From a bacterium (GTDB lineage Bacteria; Bacillota; Clostridia; Christensenellales; UBA3700), in NCBI GenBank assembly GCA_963592135.1, contig CAVAVP010000016.1, positions 6,126-70,125 on the forward strand: 64,000 nt of DNA, given 5' to 3'. The notes under the pieces were generated by a model. It saw nothing but the letters and a program-made list of their open reading frames with translations. It had not been told where the DNA came from and made no database searches. Within the stretch, counting starts at the first letter, position 1; each line of letters begins with the position of its first letter. Below, piece after piece: positions 28,893 to 39,159 of the stretch. The position numbers and the translations under genes are program-made.

Positions 28893-29565
28893 TTTTCCCC
28901 TCTAATAAATCTGGTCTTCTTTTTTTTGTTATCTCTAATTGTTTTTCATATCTCCACTTAGCTATATTTTGATGATTACCACTAAGTAGAACTTCTGGCA
29001 CTTCTAGCCCTTCAAACTCCTGTGGATGTGTGTATTGAGGATATTCTAAAAGTCCATTGGAAAAACTTTCCTCTGATGTTGATTCTTGATTTCCAAGAAC
29101 GCCATCTATATATCTTGTAACAGTGTTAATTACTACCATGGCGGCAAGTTCACCGCTAGTTAAAACATAATCTCCAATAGATAATTCCATGTCTACATCA
29201 AGGTCTATAACTCTTTGATCTATCCCTTCATAACTTCCACAAATAAACATTAGATTTTCTTCTTTAGCGAGTTTTTCTACCATACCTTGAGATAATGTTT
29301 TACCCTTAGGTGAAAGATATATTCTTTTATATTTATGTTCTTTATCTAAAGCATTTATACAATCATGAAGAGGCTGAGGTGTCATAACCATACCTGCACC
29401 TCCACCAAATGGAGTATCATCAACTTTTTTATGTTTATCCAAAGAATAATCTCGTATGTTTGTTGTATTTATTGAAAAAAGGCCCTTTTCTTGAGCTTTT
29501 CCTAAAATACCCACACTCATACAAGAAAACATTTCTGGAAACAAAGTAAGTACTTCAATCTTCAT
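28879..29565 (-). CDS. trmD: tRNA (guanine37-N1)-methyltransferase
   Basis: 228 aa with MKIEVLTLFPEMF, DDTPFGGGAGMVM and CGSYEGIDQRV. Confidence 0.95.
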   Translation of the reverse strand: MKIEVLTLFPEMFSCMSVGILGKAQEKGLFSINTTNIRDYSLDKHKKVDDTPFGGGAGMVMTPQPLHDCINALDKEHKYKRIYLSPKGKTLSQGMVEKLAKEENLMFICGSYEGIDQRVIDLDVDMELSIGDYVLTSGELAAMVVINTVTRYIDGVLGNQESTSEESFSNGLLEYPQYTHPQEFEGLEVPEVLLSGNHQNIAKWRYEKQLEITKKRRPDLLEGKNEIQ

Positions 29566-30058
29566 ATACTGCTACTTCCTCAAACACTTTTGGATTAAGA
29601 ATTATTTTCTTATTTTCGGTATCTACATTTTCTAATAAAGCTTTTATTGCCGGAACCATAATTTGTTTATTTTCTTTTTCAATAACATAAACATCTGCAG
29701 CTCCATATTGTAAAACATCTACAACATTGCCAATTAATTTGTTATCCACAAAAACTTCACACCCTACAATATCTACAATAAAATAACTATCTTTAGGAAG
29801 TTTTACTGCATCTTCCTTATTTACTTGTATTTCCTTGTTTTTTAGAGCTTCTGCTTTATCTCTGTCTGGGATATTTTCAAATGTTAAATAAACTTCAGTT
29901 TTTGAAATTTGGGTATTTGTTATAGTGAATTCTTTATTATCTATAAAAATTTTTTTTAAATTTTTAAATCTAGACACATCATCAGTAAGAGGATTAACCT
30001 TAACGGCTCCTCTTACTCCATGTGGTCTTGCTATAATGCCTATAGTATATCTGTCCAT
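29555..30058 (-). CDS. rimM: 16S rRNA processing protein RimM
   Basis: 167 aa with the N-terminal IARPHGVRGAVKV motif and the conserved rpsP-KH-rimM-trmD context. Confidence 0.9.
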   Translation of the reverse strand: MDRYTIGIIARPHGVRGAVKVNPLTDDVSRFKNLKKIFIDNKEFTITNTQISKTEVYLTFENIPDRDKAEALKNKEIQVNKEDAVKLPKDSYFIVDIVGCEVFVDNKLIGNVVDVLQYGAADVYVIEKENKQIMVPAIKALLENVDTENKKIILNPKVFEEVAVYED

Positions 30059-30300
30059 TATTTTTCAATAATTTCTACAGATACCTTTATCTTTGATCTA
30101 TTAGCGCCAGCTTTTACAATTGTACGAATAGCTTTTGCAATTCTACCTTGCTTACCTATTATTTTTCCAATTTGTTCTTTTTCAGCTATAACGTTAATAA
30201 CCAAAATGCCATCTTGTTCACTAGACTTTACTTCTACTGCACTTGGATCATCAACAAGTTGATCTACAATAAACTTAACTAATTCTTCCATATTACTCAA
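30058..30300 (-). CDS. KH-domain RNA-binding protein (YlqC family)
   Basis: 80 aa with the GxxG loop [16 protein letters not shown]. It sits between rpsP and rimM. Confidence 0.88.
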   Translation of the reverse strand: MSNMEELVKFIVDQLVDDPSAVEVKSSEQDGILVINVIAEKEQIGKIIGKQGRIAKAIRTIVKAGANRSKIKVSVEIIEK

Positions 30301-30529
30301 TAATACCTTGTTTCTTTAGTAAAGCTCTAACAGTATCTGTAGGTTGTGCACCATTTGCTAACCATTTCTTAGCTAATTCTGCATCAATTTTAACTTCTTC
30401 AGCTTGAGGATTGTATGTACCAATATTTGCTAAATATTCAGCACCTCTAGCTTTTCTTGAATCAATTGCTACAATTCTGTAGAAAGGTGAATGTGTTTTT
30501 CCCATTCTTGTTAATCTTAACTTAACCAT
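30293..30529 (-). CDS. rpsP: 30S ribosomal protein S16
   Basis: [21 protein letters not shown] is a classic S16 N-terminus. Confidence 0.95.
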   Translation of the reverse strand: MVKLRLTRMGKTHSPFYRIVAIDSRKARGAEYLANIGTYNPQAEEVKIDAELAKKWLANGAQPTDTVRALLKKQGIIE

Positions 30530-30578
30530 TTTTTATTCTCCTTTTATATATTAATTTTTTTTGTTTTCTCTTTATATT

Positions 30579-31907
30579 TTAGAAAGGAAATTTTCCGCCT
30601 CTAAAACCAAATCTTCCCATATTCTTCATTTTCTTCATCATTTCTCTCATTTGAGCAAACTGTTTTAAAAGTGAATTTACATCTTGAATCTCCGTGCCTG
30701 ATCCTGCCGCAATTCTCTTTTTTCTTGAAGATGAAATTATATCTGGATTTTCCCTTTCTTTTTTAGTCATAGACAAAATAATAGCTTTTATTTTATCCAT
30801 TTGTTTTTCATCTACTTGAACGTCTTTTACTTTATTTGCAAGTCCAGGAACCATTTGAATAATTTGGTTCATATCTCCCATAGACTTCATTTTATCTAAT
30901 TGAACTAAATAGTCTTCTAAAGTAAATGAGTTCTCTTTGAATTTCTTTTGCATTTCAAGAGCTTCTTTTTCTGAATAAGCATTTTGAGCCTTTTCAATAA
31001 TTGTTAGAACATCTCCCATGCCAAGAATTCTTGATGCCATTCTATCTGGATGGAACACCTCTATATCTGTCATCTTTTCACCGATACCACAGAATTTAAT
31101 AGGCTTTCCTGTTACAGCTTTAATAGATAATGCAGCACCGCCTCTTGTATCACCATCAAGTTTTGTTAATACAACACCTGTTATATCCATTACTTCATTA
31201 AACTTTTGTGCTACATTAACGGCATCTTGACCAGTCATAGAATCTACAACAAGTAGGATTTCGTTAGGATTAAATGACTTCTTTAATCCAGCAATTTCAT
31301 CCATTAATTTTTCATCAATTTGTAGTCTTCCCGCAGTATCTATAATTACGATATCATTTTGATTTTTCTCTGCTTCAACAAGAGCATTTTTAACTATTTT
31401 TTGAGGATCTATTTGTCCCATTTCAAAAACTGGAACACCAGCATTTGAACCTACTACTTGTAATTGTTTTATAGCCGCTGGACGATATATATCACAAGCG
31501 ACTAAAAGAGGCTTCTTCCCTTGCTTTTTTAGCATTAAACCAAGCTTTCCACACATTGTGGTTTTACCAGATCCTTGAAGTCCACACATTAAAATTATTG
31601 TAGGAGGCTTTGGAGCTATCTCAATTTTAGAAGAGGTTCCCCCCATTAAAGCAATCAATTCCTCATTAACAATTTTTATTACTTGTTGAGTTGGATTTAA
31701 TCCAGTTAAGATATTTTCACCACTTGCTTTTTCAGAAACAGCATTAATAAATTTCTTTACAACATCAAAGTTTACATCAGCTTCAAGCAAAGCAATACGG
31801 ATTTCTCTCATCGCTTGCTTAACTTCTAATTCTGATAATTTACCTTTATTCTTTAATTTTGAAAAAACGTGATTAATTTTTTCTGATAAAGTTCCAAATG
31901 ATGCCAT
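30579..31907 (-). CDS. ffh: signal recognition particle protein Ffh
   Basis: 442 aa with GLQGSGKTT, DTAGR and TKLDGD, plus a Met-rich C-terminal M domain. Confidence 0.96.
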   Translation of the reverse strand: MASFGTLSEKINHVFSKLKNKGKLSELEVKQAMREIRIALLEADVNFDVVKKFINAVSEKASGENILTGLNPTQQVIKIVNEELIALMGGTSSKIEIAPKPPTIILMCGLQGSGKTTMCGKLGLMLKKQGKKPLLVACDIYRPAAIKQLQVVGSNAGVPVFEMGQIDPQKIVKNALVEAEKNQNDIVIIDTAGRLQIDEKLMDEIAGLKKSFNPNEILLVVDSMTGQDAVNVAQKFNEVMDITGVVLTKLDGDTRGGAALSIKAVTGKPIKFCGIGEKMTDIEVFHPDRMASRILGMGDVLTIIEKAQNAYSEKEALEMQKKFKENSFTLEDYLVQLDKMKSMGDMNQIIQMVPGLANKVKDVQVDEKQMDKIKAIILSMTKKERENPDIISSSRKKRIAAGSGTEIQDVNSLLKQFAQMREMMKKMKNMGRFGFRGGKFPF

Positions 31908-31914
31908 GTTTCTC

Positions 31915-32238
31915 CTATTTATCTAAAAGATTTATTACTTCTTCTATTTTCTTTTTATTTTCTTTATTTGCGCCTTCTTTTAGCTCTTCTAAAAGTTTTT
32001 TTGCACTTTCAACTTTATTTACAAGCATTAATTTGTTTTCTAAGTTTATTAAAGTTTTTTCTGCCCTATTTAAAGTATCTTTAACAGCCTGTGGAGAAAT
32101 ACTTAAATTTTCTGCGATTTCATTTAAAGACAAGTCTTCATCGTAATACATTTTTATTAGGTTGCTTTGATACTCTGTCAAAACGCCACCATAATAATCA
32201 TTGTATATGCTTATGTATAGTTTATCTTTCTTTTCCAT
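31915..32238 (-). CDS. ylxM: YlxM (UPF0122) putative HTH protein
   Basis: 107 aa with the sigma-70 region-4-like LSLNEIAENLSISPQAV. It lies directly upstream of ffh. Confidence 0.85.
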   Translation of the reverse strand: MEKKDKLYISIYNDYYGGVLTEYQSNLIKMYYDEDLSLNEIAENLSISPQAVKDTLNRAEKTLINLENKLMLVNKVESAKKLLEELKEGANKENKKKIEEVINLLDK

Positions 32239-32280
32239 AAATTCAAGTATTTTTACTTTAATAAAGTATTTTTCCTTTAT

Positions 32281-32309
32281 AGAATATCAACCTTTTTATT
32301 TTTTGTCAA
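32281..32309 (-). promoter_or_regulatory. possible ylxM-ffh promoter
   Basis: TTGACA-17 nt-TATTCT lies 42 nt upstream of the ylxM ATG and downstream of the ftsY terminator. Confidence 0.35.
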
Positions 32310-32344
32310 ACTTATTTATCTTTTTATATTATTAAAATTTGAAA

Positions 32345-32373
32345 TAAAAAAAACTTTATGACGTGCATAAAGT
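32345..32373 (-). terminator. ftsY intrinsic terminator
   Basis: Stem ACTTTATG-ACGTG-CATAAAGT (32353-32373) is followed on the minus strand by T8. Confidence 0.8.
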
Positions 32374-32403
32374 CTTTAATTGTTAATATTTTATTAAACC
32401 ATA

Positions 32404-33276
32404 TTAAAATAATCCGTCTACAAAATCCTTTGCGTTAAATGGAATTAAATCATCAACGCCTTCACCAACGCCACAAAAAACAACTGGCATTTCTTTTTCA
32501 GCAGAGATAGCAAATACTACGCCACCTTTTGCTGTACCATCTAATTTATTTAAAATAATTCCATCCATATCAATAATTTCATCAAAAGCTTCTACTTGAG
32601 AAATTGCATTTTGTCCAGTTGTAGCATCAATTACAATATATGTTCTATAATCAGCATTAGGACATTCTTTTTCTACAACCTTATTGATTTTAGAAAGCTC
32701 ATTCATTAAATTTTTCTTGTTTTGCAATCTACCTGCCGTATCAATTAAAACAACATCTGTATTTTTAGCTTTTGCTGAGGCAAGTGCATCATAAACAACG
32801 GCTGCTGCATCAGACCCTTCTTCATGTTTAATTAAACGTAAATCTGATCTGTCCGCCCAGACTTGTAATTGTTCAGAAGCTGCTGCACGGAAAGTATCTG
32901 CAGCTGCTAAAACTACACTTTTCCCTTTATTTTTAAAATACCTACCAAGTTTACCTATAGCAGTTGTTTTTCCGACGCCATTTACTCCAGCTACTAATAT
33001 AATTAAAGGATAAGAATAAGGTTCAATTTCATAATCTATTTCCTCAACCATTGTTTCTCTTAAGAGTTCTCTTGCATCATCGGCTTTTTTAACTCTTTTT
33101 TCAAAGCATTTTTCTTTAAAGTTTTCGATTATTTGTTCAGAAGCTTCTGCTCCTAAATCGGCAGAAATTAATGCATATTCTAAGTCTTCGTAAAACTCAT
33201 CATCTAATTCCCTACCTGTAAATAGCGTGTAGATCTTTTTTTGAAATGCTTCCTTTATTTTACTAAAAAATCCCAT
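32404..33276 (-). CDS. ftsY: signal recognition particle receptor FtsY (short, NG domain only)
   Basis: 290 aa with GVNGVGKTT, DTAGR and NKLDGT. Confidence 0.95.
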   Translation of the reverse strand: MGFFSKIKEAFQKKIYTLFTGRELDDEFYEDLEYALISADLGAEASEQIIENFKEKCFEKRVKKADDARELLRETMVEEIDYEIEPYSYPLIILVAGVNGVGKTTAIGKLGRYFKNKGKSVVLAAADTFRAAASEQLQVWADRSDLRLIKHEEGSDAAAVVYDALASAKAKNTDVVLIDTAGRLQNKKNLMNELSKINKVVEKECPNADYRTYIVIDATTGQNAISQVEAFDEIIDMDGIILNKLDGTAKGGVVFAISAEKEMPVVFCGVGEGVDDLIPFNAKDFVDGLF

Positions 33277-36200
33277 TATACTTTCTCCGCAACTGTTGTA
33301 CTATGTTCAATAGCCTCTTTAATATTAACATTAACCATCTTAGATACACCCTTTTCTTGCATTGTTACACCAAACAAGATATCTGATTTTTCCATTGTTG
33401 GCTTTCTATGCGTAATAACTATAAATTGTGTTTCTTTACTGAATTTCTTTAAGTACTTAGCATATATTCCTACGTTACCTTCATCAAGTGCTGCATCAAC
33501 TTCATCTAAAACGCAAAAAGGAAGAGATCTTAATTTTAATATAGCAAACAATATAGCCATAGCTGTTAATGCTTGCTCTCCACCTGAGAATAATGCCATA
33601 TGTTGAACTCTCTTTCCTGGTGGTTGTATCTTTACTTCAATGCCTGCATCTAATGGATCTTGGCCTTCTTCTGGCTCTAGGATTTCTAATCTTCCAGTGC
33701 CGCCGCCGAATAATTCCTTAAATACCTCTTGGAAGTTTTCATTTATCTTATTAAATTCAGTAGTAAATTTCTCTAATATATCTTTAGATAAGTCATCTAT
33801 AACTTTCTTACAATCAGCCTCAGCCTTGATTAAGTCATCATACTCAGTCTTTTTTGCATCAAAACGTTCTTTTTCTTCCTCAAATTGTTGAACTGCATCT
33901 AAGTTTACTGGTCCAATACTTGCCTTTGTTGCTTTTAGTGATTTAATCTTCGTTTGAGCTTCTACATAATCAAATTCATCAATTTTTAACTCTAAGCAAG
34001 AATCATAATCAAGTTCATAATCCTCTTTTATTCTATTTTCAAGGTTTAACATCTTTTCATCAATGCTTATTAAACTTGCCTCTGCTTTAGCCTTTTTATC
34101 TGTAAAATCAACTATACTACTTGAAATTTCATCTTTCTTTGTAGTTACGTTCTTTAATTCTTCAATAATTTCATTTTTTCTACTATTGTATTTATCTATA
34201 ACAGCTTCAATTTCACTTAATCTCTTTAAGTCTTCCTTAGAAATAACAGTTCTTCTAATACTTATATCTGCTTGATTAATATTTGTTTCATTAGTCTTTA
34301 AAACGCCACGACAAATTTCAATTTCAGTGTTAGTAGAATTCTTTTCTTTTTCTAGTCTTTCTATAGTTGCTTGTTGAGTCCTAATATCATTTTCAAGTTC
34401 TTGAATTTTCATCTTCATTTCAAGAATCTTAGCATCTAATTTATTCTTTTCTTCCTTTTTAGAGTTAAAGTAGTCTCTACCAGTTTTAGCTTCACCATCT
34501 TTTCCTACCTTATCCACAGTTATGGAATCACTTTGAGCATTCGCTCTATTTAATGCTTCATTTATTATATTTATAGAATCTTCAACTTTCTTTTTATTTT
34601 CTAATGCCTTATCTTTTGAATTATTTAAATCAATAATAATATTTACGATAGCTTCATATCTACCATTATCTTGAAGATACTTCTTAACTGCTTCACTGAA
34701 CTCTTTTTCATATTCATCAAGTTGATCATTTATATCTTCTTTTTCTTCTTTATATTCTTTATATTTAGCACTTAATTCATTATACTTTTTAGCAACTTCG
34801 TTGTATTCTTTCTTTAATTGTTTTAACTTATCTTCTTGTGCAATAAGTCCAGTTGTAGTTGCCTTTTGAGAACCACCAGAGATAGAACCTGTAGTATTTA
34901 AAATTTCACCATCTAATGTTACTATCTTAACTTGATAATGATATTTTCTTGCAATCTCAATAGCATTATCTATTGTATCTATAACAACAGTATTTCCTAA
35001 AAGTCCTGCAAAAATAACATTGAATTTTGGATCATAAGAGATTAATTTACTTGCAACACCTAAACATCCTTTTTCTCTAACAATGCTTAAACATGTTGGA
35101 TCTAATTCTCTTGGTCTATAAGATGTTAAAGGCAAGAATGTAATTCTTCCAATTCTATTTTGTTTTTGATATTGTATTAAATCTCTTGCTGTATATTCAT
35201 CATTAACAATAATATTTTGAAGTGCATTTCCAAGTGCTGCTTCAATTGCAAGTTGAAGTCTGTCTTCAACCTTTATAACTGAAGCTACAACACCTAAAAT
35301 CTTTTGTTTAATTTTTGGGTCAGTATCTGCTGCCTTTAATAATTGTTGTACAGGAGCCGCAAATCCTTCATGGTTTTTAACCATTTCATCTAAGTAGTTA
35401 ATTTTACCAAGTCTTAGTGAGGCATCTTCTCTTAATTTATTAATAGTCTCCTCTGCCTCGTCTATTAAATCTATAAGTTCAGCGTTTCTGTTTGAAAGTT
35501 TTTCAATTGTTGCTTCAAGATTATCTCTTGTTGTTTTAGACTTATTTACAGCTTTTTCTAATTCATCACTAATCTTTTCATTATTATCTATCTTTTCATC
35601 AAGAGATTTAATTTCTTCTTCAATCTCATGTAATCTTTCTTTTTGGGCTTCTGCTTGACCTTGAATTTTTCCTAAGTTAGCTTTAATATCTCCAACTGAT
35701 TCTAAAAGCTTATTAATTTCAGAATTTTTATCTTCAAGAGCTTGCTCTCTATCTAAAATTTCTTTCATTAATTCGTTTTGAACTTTTATTGATTCATTAT
35801 AATCTTTTTCAATGTCTAATTTTTCTTCATTATCCATTGAAATTTTATTTTTTGCATCTCTAATTTCTCTGTCTTTGTCTCTTATGTCCTGCTCTAGTTT
35901 TGCAAGTCTATCTGAATAATCTTGTTTAGTATTTAAAAGTCCTTCTTTCTTTGCCAGCAAAGTATTTCCTTGACCTGTTATGCTTTCTTTTTTAACAGCA
36001 AGTTTTGTTTGCTCAGCCATTATTTCACTTAATTTTGCATCTATGGCTTGTTGCTCATCTGTTAGTTTATCAAACTTTTCATTCCATTCCTTTGAATCTA
36101 TATCAAGTTTTGCTAAGCTTTCTATATATGCTTTTATTTTTGCATTTATCTTTTCTTTTTGAGCAACATTATTTTCCTTTTGGAACAAATACGCATTAGC

Positions 36201-36887
36201 CTCTAAAACTTTTAAATCCGCAACAATTGATGTGTATTTCTTTGCATTCTCAGCTTGTTTTTCCAATGAGGTTAAGTTTCTTTGCATTTCTGCCATTAAA
36301 CTTTCTATTGTCTTTTTATTAGTTTCATATTCTTCAAGGTTTCTCATTGCATCACGTCTTGCAATTTTACTACCAAGTACACCCGCTGCATCTTCGAATA
36401 TTGCACGTCTATTTTCTGGCTTTGCACTAATAATTTCTGCAATTTTGCCTTGACCAATAATAGAATAACCTTCTCTTCCTAAACCTGTTCCTCTTACAAT
36501 TGCTCTTATATCCGTATATCTAGCTCTAACTCCGTTTATAGAATATTCTGAACTATCATCTCTATACATTTTACGTGAAATTGTAACCTCATCCATTTCA
36601 AGTGTTGGGAAAATTCTATTAGAACCTGCGTTGTTAAATCTTAAAGAAACTTCAGCATATGACATTGATTTACGTTTTTCAGTACCGGCAAAGATGACAT
36701 CTGACATCTTTTTACCACGCAATAACTTGACACTTTGTTCACCAAGTACCCATCTTATTGCATCTACGATATTACTCTTTCCGCATCCATTTGGTCCTAC
36801 AATAGCTGTAATACCATCATTAAAAGATACAGAAACCTTATCCGCAAATGACTTAAACCCGTAAAATTCTATGCCTTCAAACTTCAT
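33276..36887 (-). CDS. smc: chromosome segregation protein SMC
   Basis: 1203 aa with N-terminal GPNGCGKSN, long coiled coils, a hinge, and the C-terminal LSGGEQALTAMAILFA / LDEVDAALD. Confidence 0.96.
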   Translation of the reverse strand: MKFEGIEFYGFKSFADKVSVSFNDGITAIVGPNGCGKSNIVDAIRWVLGEQSVKLLRGKKMSDVIFAGTEKRKSMSYAEVSLRFNNAGSNRIFPTLEMDEVTISRKMYRDDSSEYSINGVRARYTDIRAIVRGTGLGREGYSIIGQGKIAEIISAKPENRRAIFEDAAGVLGSKIARRDAMRNLEEYETNKKTIESLMAEMQRNLTSLEKQAENAKKYTSIVADLKVLEANAYLFQKENNVAQKEKINAKIKAYIESLAKLDIDSKEWNEKFDKLTDEQQAIDAKLSEIMAEQTKLAVKKESITGQGNTLLAKKEGLLNTKQDYSDRLAKLEQDIRDKDREIRDAKNKISMDNEEKLDIEKDYNESIKVQNELMKEILDREQALEDKNSEINKLLESVGDIKANLGKIQGQAEAQKERLHEIEEEIKSLDEKIDNNEKISDELEKAVNKSKTTRDNLEATIEKLSNRNAELIDLIDEAEETINKLREDASLRLGKINYLDEMVKNHEGFAAPVQQLLKAADTDPKIKQKILGVVASVIKVEDRLQLAIEAALGNALQNIIVNDEYTARDLIQYQKQNRIGRITFLPLTSYRPRELDPTCLSIVREKGCLGVASKLISYDPKFNVIFAGLLGNTVVIDTIDNAIEIARKYHYQVKIVTLDGEILNTTGSISGGSQKATTTGLIAQEDKLKQLKKEYNEVAKKYNELSAKYKEYKEEKEDINDQLDEYEKEFSEAVKKYLQDNGRYEAIVNIIIDLNNSKDKALENKKKVEDSINIINEALNRANAQSDSITVDKVGKDGEAKTGRDYFNSKKEEKNKLDAKILEMKMKIQELENDIRTQQATIERLEKEKNSTNTEIEICRGVLKTNETNINQADISIRRTVISKEDLKRLSEIEAVIDKYNSRKNEIIEELKNVTTKKDEISSSIVDFTDKKAKAEASLISIDEKMLNLENRIKEDYELDYDSCLELKIDEFDYVEAQTKIKSLKATKASIGPVNLDAVQQFEEEKERFDAKKTEYDDLIKAEADCKKVIDDLSKDILEKFTTEFNKINENFQEVFKELFGGGTGRLEILEPEEGQDPLDAGIEVKIQPPGKRVQHMALFSGGEQALTAMAILFAILKLRSLPFCVLDEVDAALDEGNVGIYAKYLKKFSKETQFIVITHRKPTMEKSDILFGVTMQEKGVSKMVNVNIKEAIEHSTTVAEKV

Positions 36888-36982
36888 TTAAATCCTTTGT
36901 TTTTAACACTAAAATAATGTGTAACGAAAATCACACATATATAATATTATCATATTATACCCATATTTTAAAATGAAAAAAT

Positions 36983-37654
36983 CTAAATATTTAAAAACTT
37001 TTTAGCTGCCTCAATCTCGGCATCTTCCTTTGATCTTCCACTTCCTAAACTGCACTTTTTATCGTTAATATATAAAATTGCCTCAAATAAATGTTCATTC
37101 TTTTTTGTATCATAAGAAATTTCTCTAAGTCCATACCTTACAAGTCCTGGATATTTTTCATTCAGTTTTGACTTATAATCTATTTTGTTTAAAACTTCTA
37201 TATTATTAAAACAATCTTTTAAAAGTTCAAGTACAAAAGTTCGTGTTATATCTAAAGAATTCGAATCTAGATATATTGCGGCAATAATTGACTCTACAAC
37301 ATCAGATAGCGTTTTTTTACCACCTACACTCCCTTTACCTAAAAAAATACAATCTTGAAGTAAAATACTATTTGCAACAGGTGTTAGGCCTTCTTCTGAT
37401 ACTAAATTAGCACGCTTTTTAGTCAGTTCTTTTTCTGTATCTAGTGGATAATCTTTATATAACTTTTCTGCGACTATCATATTTATTAATGAGTCGCCTA
37501 AAAACTCTAGTCTATTATAATCTTCAATTCCTCTTTGATTTGCATAAGAAGCATGTGTTAAAGCAGTTTCAATTAATGAAACATCCTTAAAAACATATCC
37601 ACACTTTTCATATATTACTTTTTGTGCCTTTTCAACCTTTTGAGAATCAGTCAT
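36983..37654 (-). CDS. rnc: ribonuclease III
   Basis: 223 aa with the signature NRLEFLGDSLIN and a C-terminal dsRBD. Confidence 0.93.
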   Translation of the reverse strand: MTDSQKVEKAQKVIYEKCGYVFKDVSLIETALTHASYANQRGIEDYNRLEFLGDSLINMIVAEKLYKDYPLDTEKELTKKRANLVSEEGLTPVANSILLQDCIFLGKGSVGGKKTLSDVVESIIAAIYLDSNSLDITRTFVLELLKDCFNNIEVLNKIDYKSKLNEKYPGLVRYGLREISYDTKKNEHLFEAILYINDKKCSLGSGRSKEDAEIEAAKKFLNI

Positions 37655-38654
37655 CTACCTTTAAACCTTTTTCTATTAATTCACATACATTCTTTTGAGC
37701 CATGGTAGCAGCTTGCATAATAGCTGCTTTAAATGGCACTTCTTTGCTTGAGCCATGTGCCTTTACGATCACTTTTTTACAACCAAGCAGTACTGCTCCA
37801 CCAACCTCATCTGTTGACATTTTATTTTTAACACTCTTTAGAGCAGGTTTTAGCAATAAGTATCCAATTTTTGCTCTTAATCCACCATTTAAAATAGCTT
37901 CTTTTATCATAGCAAATAAATTCTTACATGCACCTTCTGTAGACTTAATTGCAATATTTCCCGCAAATCCATCGCAAACTATTACATCTACCTTTCCTGA
38001 TACAAAATCTGTTGGCTCAACATTTCCTATAAAGTTTAATGCTTTTTCATTCTTTAATAGTTGGTGTACCTCTTTAGTAAGAGCACAACCTTTTTCTTCT
38101 TCAGCACCATTATTTAAAAGACCAATTTTCGGATTATCTATATTAAATAATGATTTAACATATACATTCCCCATTATTGCAAATTCTTTTAACATATTAG
38201 GTTTACAATCTACATTTGCGCCAGCATCACAAACAATTGTATATTTTCCATTAACAAGTGTTGGCACGATAGGAGCAAGCATAGCACGGGTTACACCATC
38301 AATCAGTTTTACAAGAAGTGTTCCTCCACACAAAAGCGCTCCCGTATTTCCAGATGATACCATACCATCGTATTCTCCCTCACATAAAGCCTTAAGGCCT
38401 ACAACCATAGAAGAATCTTTTTTTCTTCTAATTGCCATAACAGGATGATCATCATTTGTAATAACATCTGTTGCATCTAATATTTCAACTTGGGATTTGT
38501 TATACGATAAAGCACTTAACACTTTTTCTATTTCATTTCTTTTTCCGGCTAAAGAAACTCTTAAATCTTTATTTTCATTTATCGCAAGAACGGCTCCTTT
38601 AACTGGTGCTTCTGGGCAATTATCTCCACCAAAACAATCTACTATAATTTTCAT
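37647..38654 (-). CDS. plsX: phosphate acyltransferase PlsX
   Basis: 335 aa with MKIIVDCFGGDN, SGNTGAL and VKAHGSS motifs. Confidence 0.94.
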   Translation of the reverse strand: MKIIVDCFGGDNCPEAPVKGAVLAINENKDLRVSLAGKRNEIEKVLSALSYNKSQVEILDATDVITNDDHPVMAIRRKKDSSMVVGLKALCEGEYDGMVSSGNTGALLCGGTLLVKLIDGVTRAMLAPIVPTLVNGKYTIVCDAGANVDCKPNMLKEFAIMGNVYVKSLFNIDNPKIGLLNNGAEEEKGCALTKEVHQLLKNEKALNFIGNVEPTDFVSGKVDVIVCDGFAGNIAIKSTEGACKNLFAMIKEAILNGGLRAKIGYLLLKPALKSVKNKMSTDEVGGAVLLGCKKVIVKAHGSSKEVPFKAAIMQAATMAQKNVCELIEKGLKVDD

Positions 38655-38830
38655 TAATCTACCTCTTTTTGTATATATTGTTAGTATATCAAAATTCTAT
38701 TAAAAATAATATTAAATAATCTGAATCTCAAGCAAAAAAAATAAATAACATAAAATCATTCAAATTAGCCGTCAAGTCGTTTTTTTCGTCTTTACGATTG
38801 AATAACTATTTTTTGTCTTTTGATATAAAC

Positions 38831-38863
38831 AAAAAAAGACTGTTAAGTTTTATCCTAACAGTC
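38831..38863 (-). terminator. rpmF intrinsic terminator
   Basis: Stem GACTGTTAAG/CCTAACAGTC (38838-38863) is followed on the minus strand by T7. Confidence 0.75.
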
Positions 38864-38886
38864 CTAATTTTATTAACAATTAAATG

Positions 38887-39072
38887 TTATTTTGCCTCTT
38901 TCTTTGAAACTACTTCAACACCATCATAATAACCACAATTTGGGCAAACTTGATGATTTTTCTTTAGTTCATGACAATGAGGACATTCTACTAAAGCTGG
39001 AGCTGAGATTTTCCAGTTAGCTGCTCTTGTATGCTTTCTTTCTTTAGATGTTTTTCTCTTTGGTACTGCCAT
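38887..39072 (-). CDS. rpmF: 50S ribosomal protein L32
   Basis: MAVPKRKTSKERKHTRAANWK plus a CxxC...CxxC zinc ribbon. The SD GGAGGT lies upstream. Confidence 0.95.
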   Translation of the reverse strand: MAVPKRKTSKERKHTRAANWKISAPALVECPHCHELKKNHQVCPNCGYYDGVEVVSKKEAK

Positions 39073-39116
39073 TTTAAGTCACCTCCAACTATACTTCTTC
39101 GTTAAAATGCTTTATC

Positions 39117-39145
39117 ATTTTATATTATTTAATTTTTTATGTCAA
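39117..39145 (-). promoter_or_regulatory. rpmF promoter
   Basis: TTGACA (39145-39140), a 17 nt spacer, then TAAAAT (39122-39117), between the ackA stop and rpmF. Confidence 0.5.
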
Positions 39146-39159
39146 ACAAAAATCTATAA

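Noticed and set aside
37702-38448. A 248 aa plus-strand ORF, with similar long antisense ORFs at 17462-18136, 13066-13425, 57114-57500, 7219-7524 and 25632-25988.
   Set aside because: Each lies entirely antisense to a strongly conserved gene (plsX, aspS/hisS, pdp, amidohydrolase and others). They have S/P/T/F-rich low-complexity translations and no SD. They are the usual shadow frames of AT-rich codon-biased genes.
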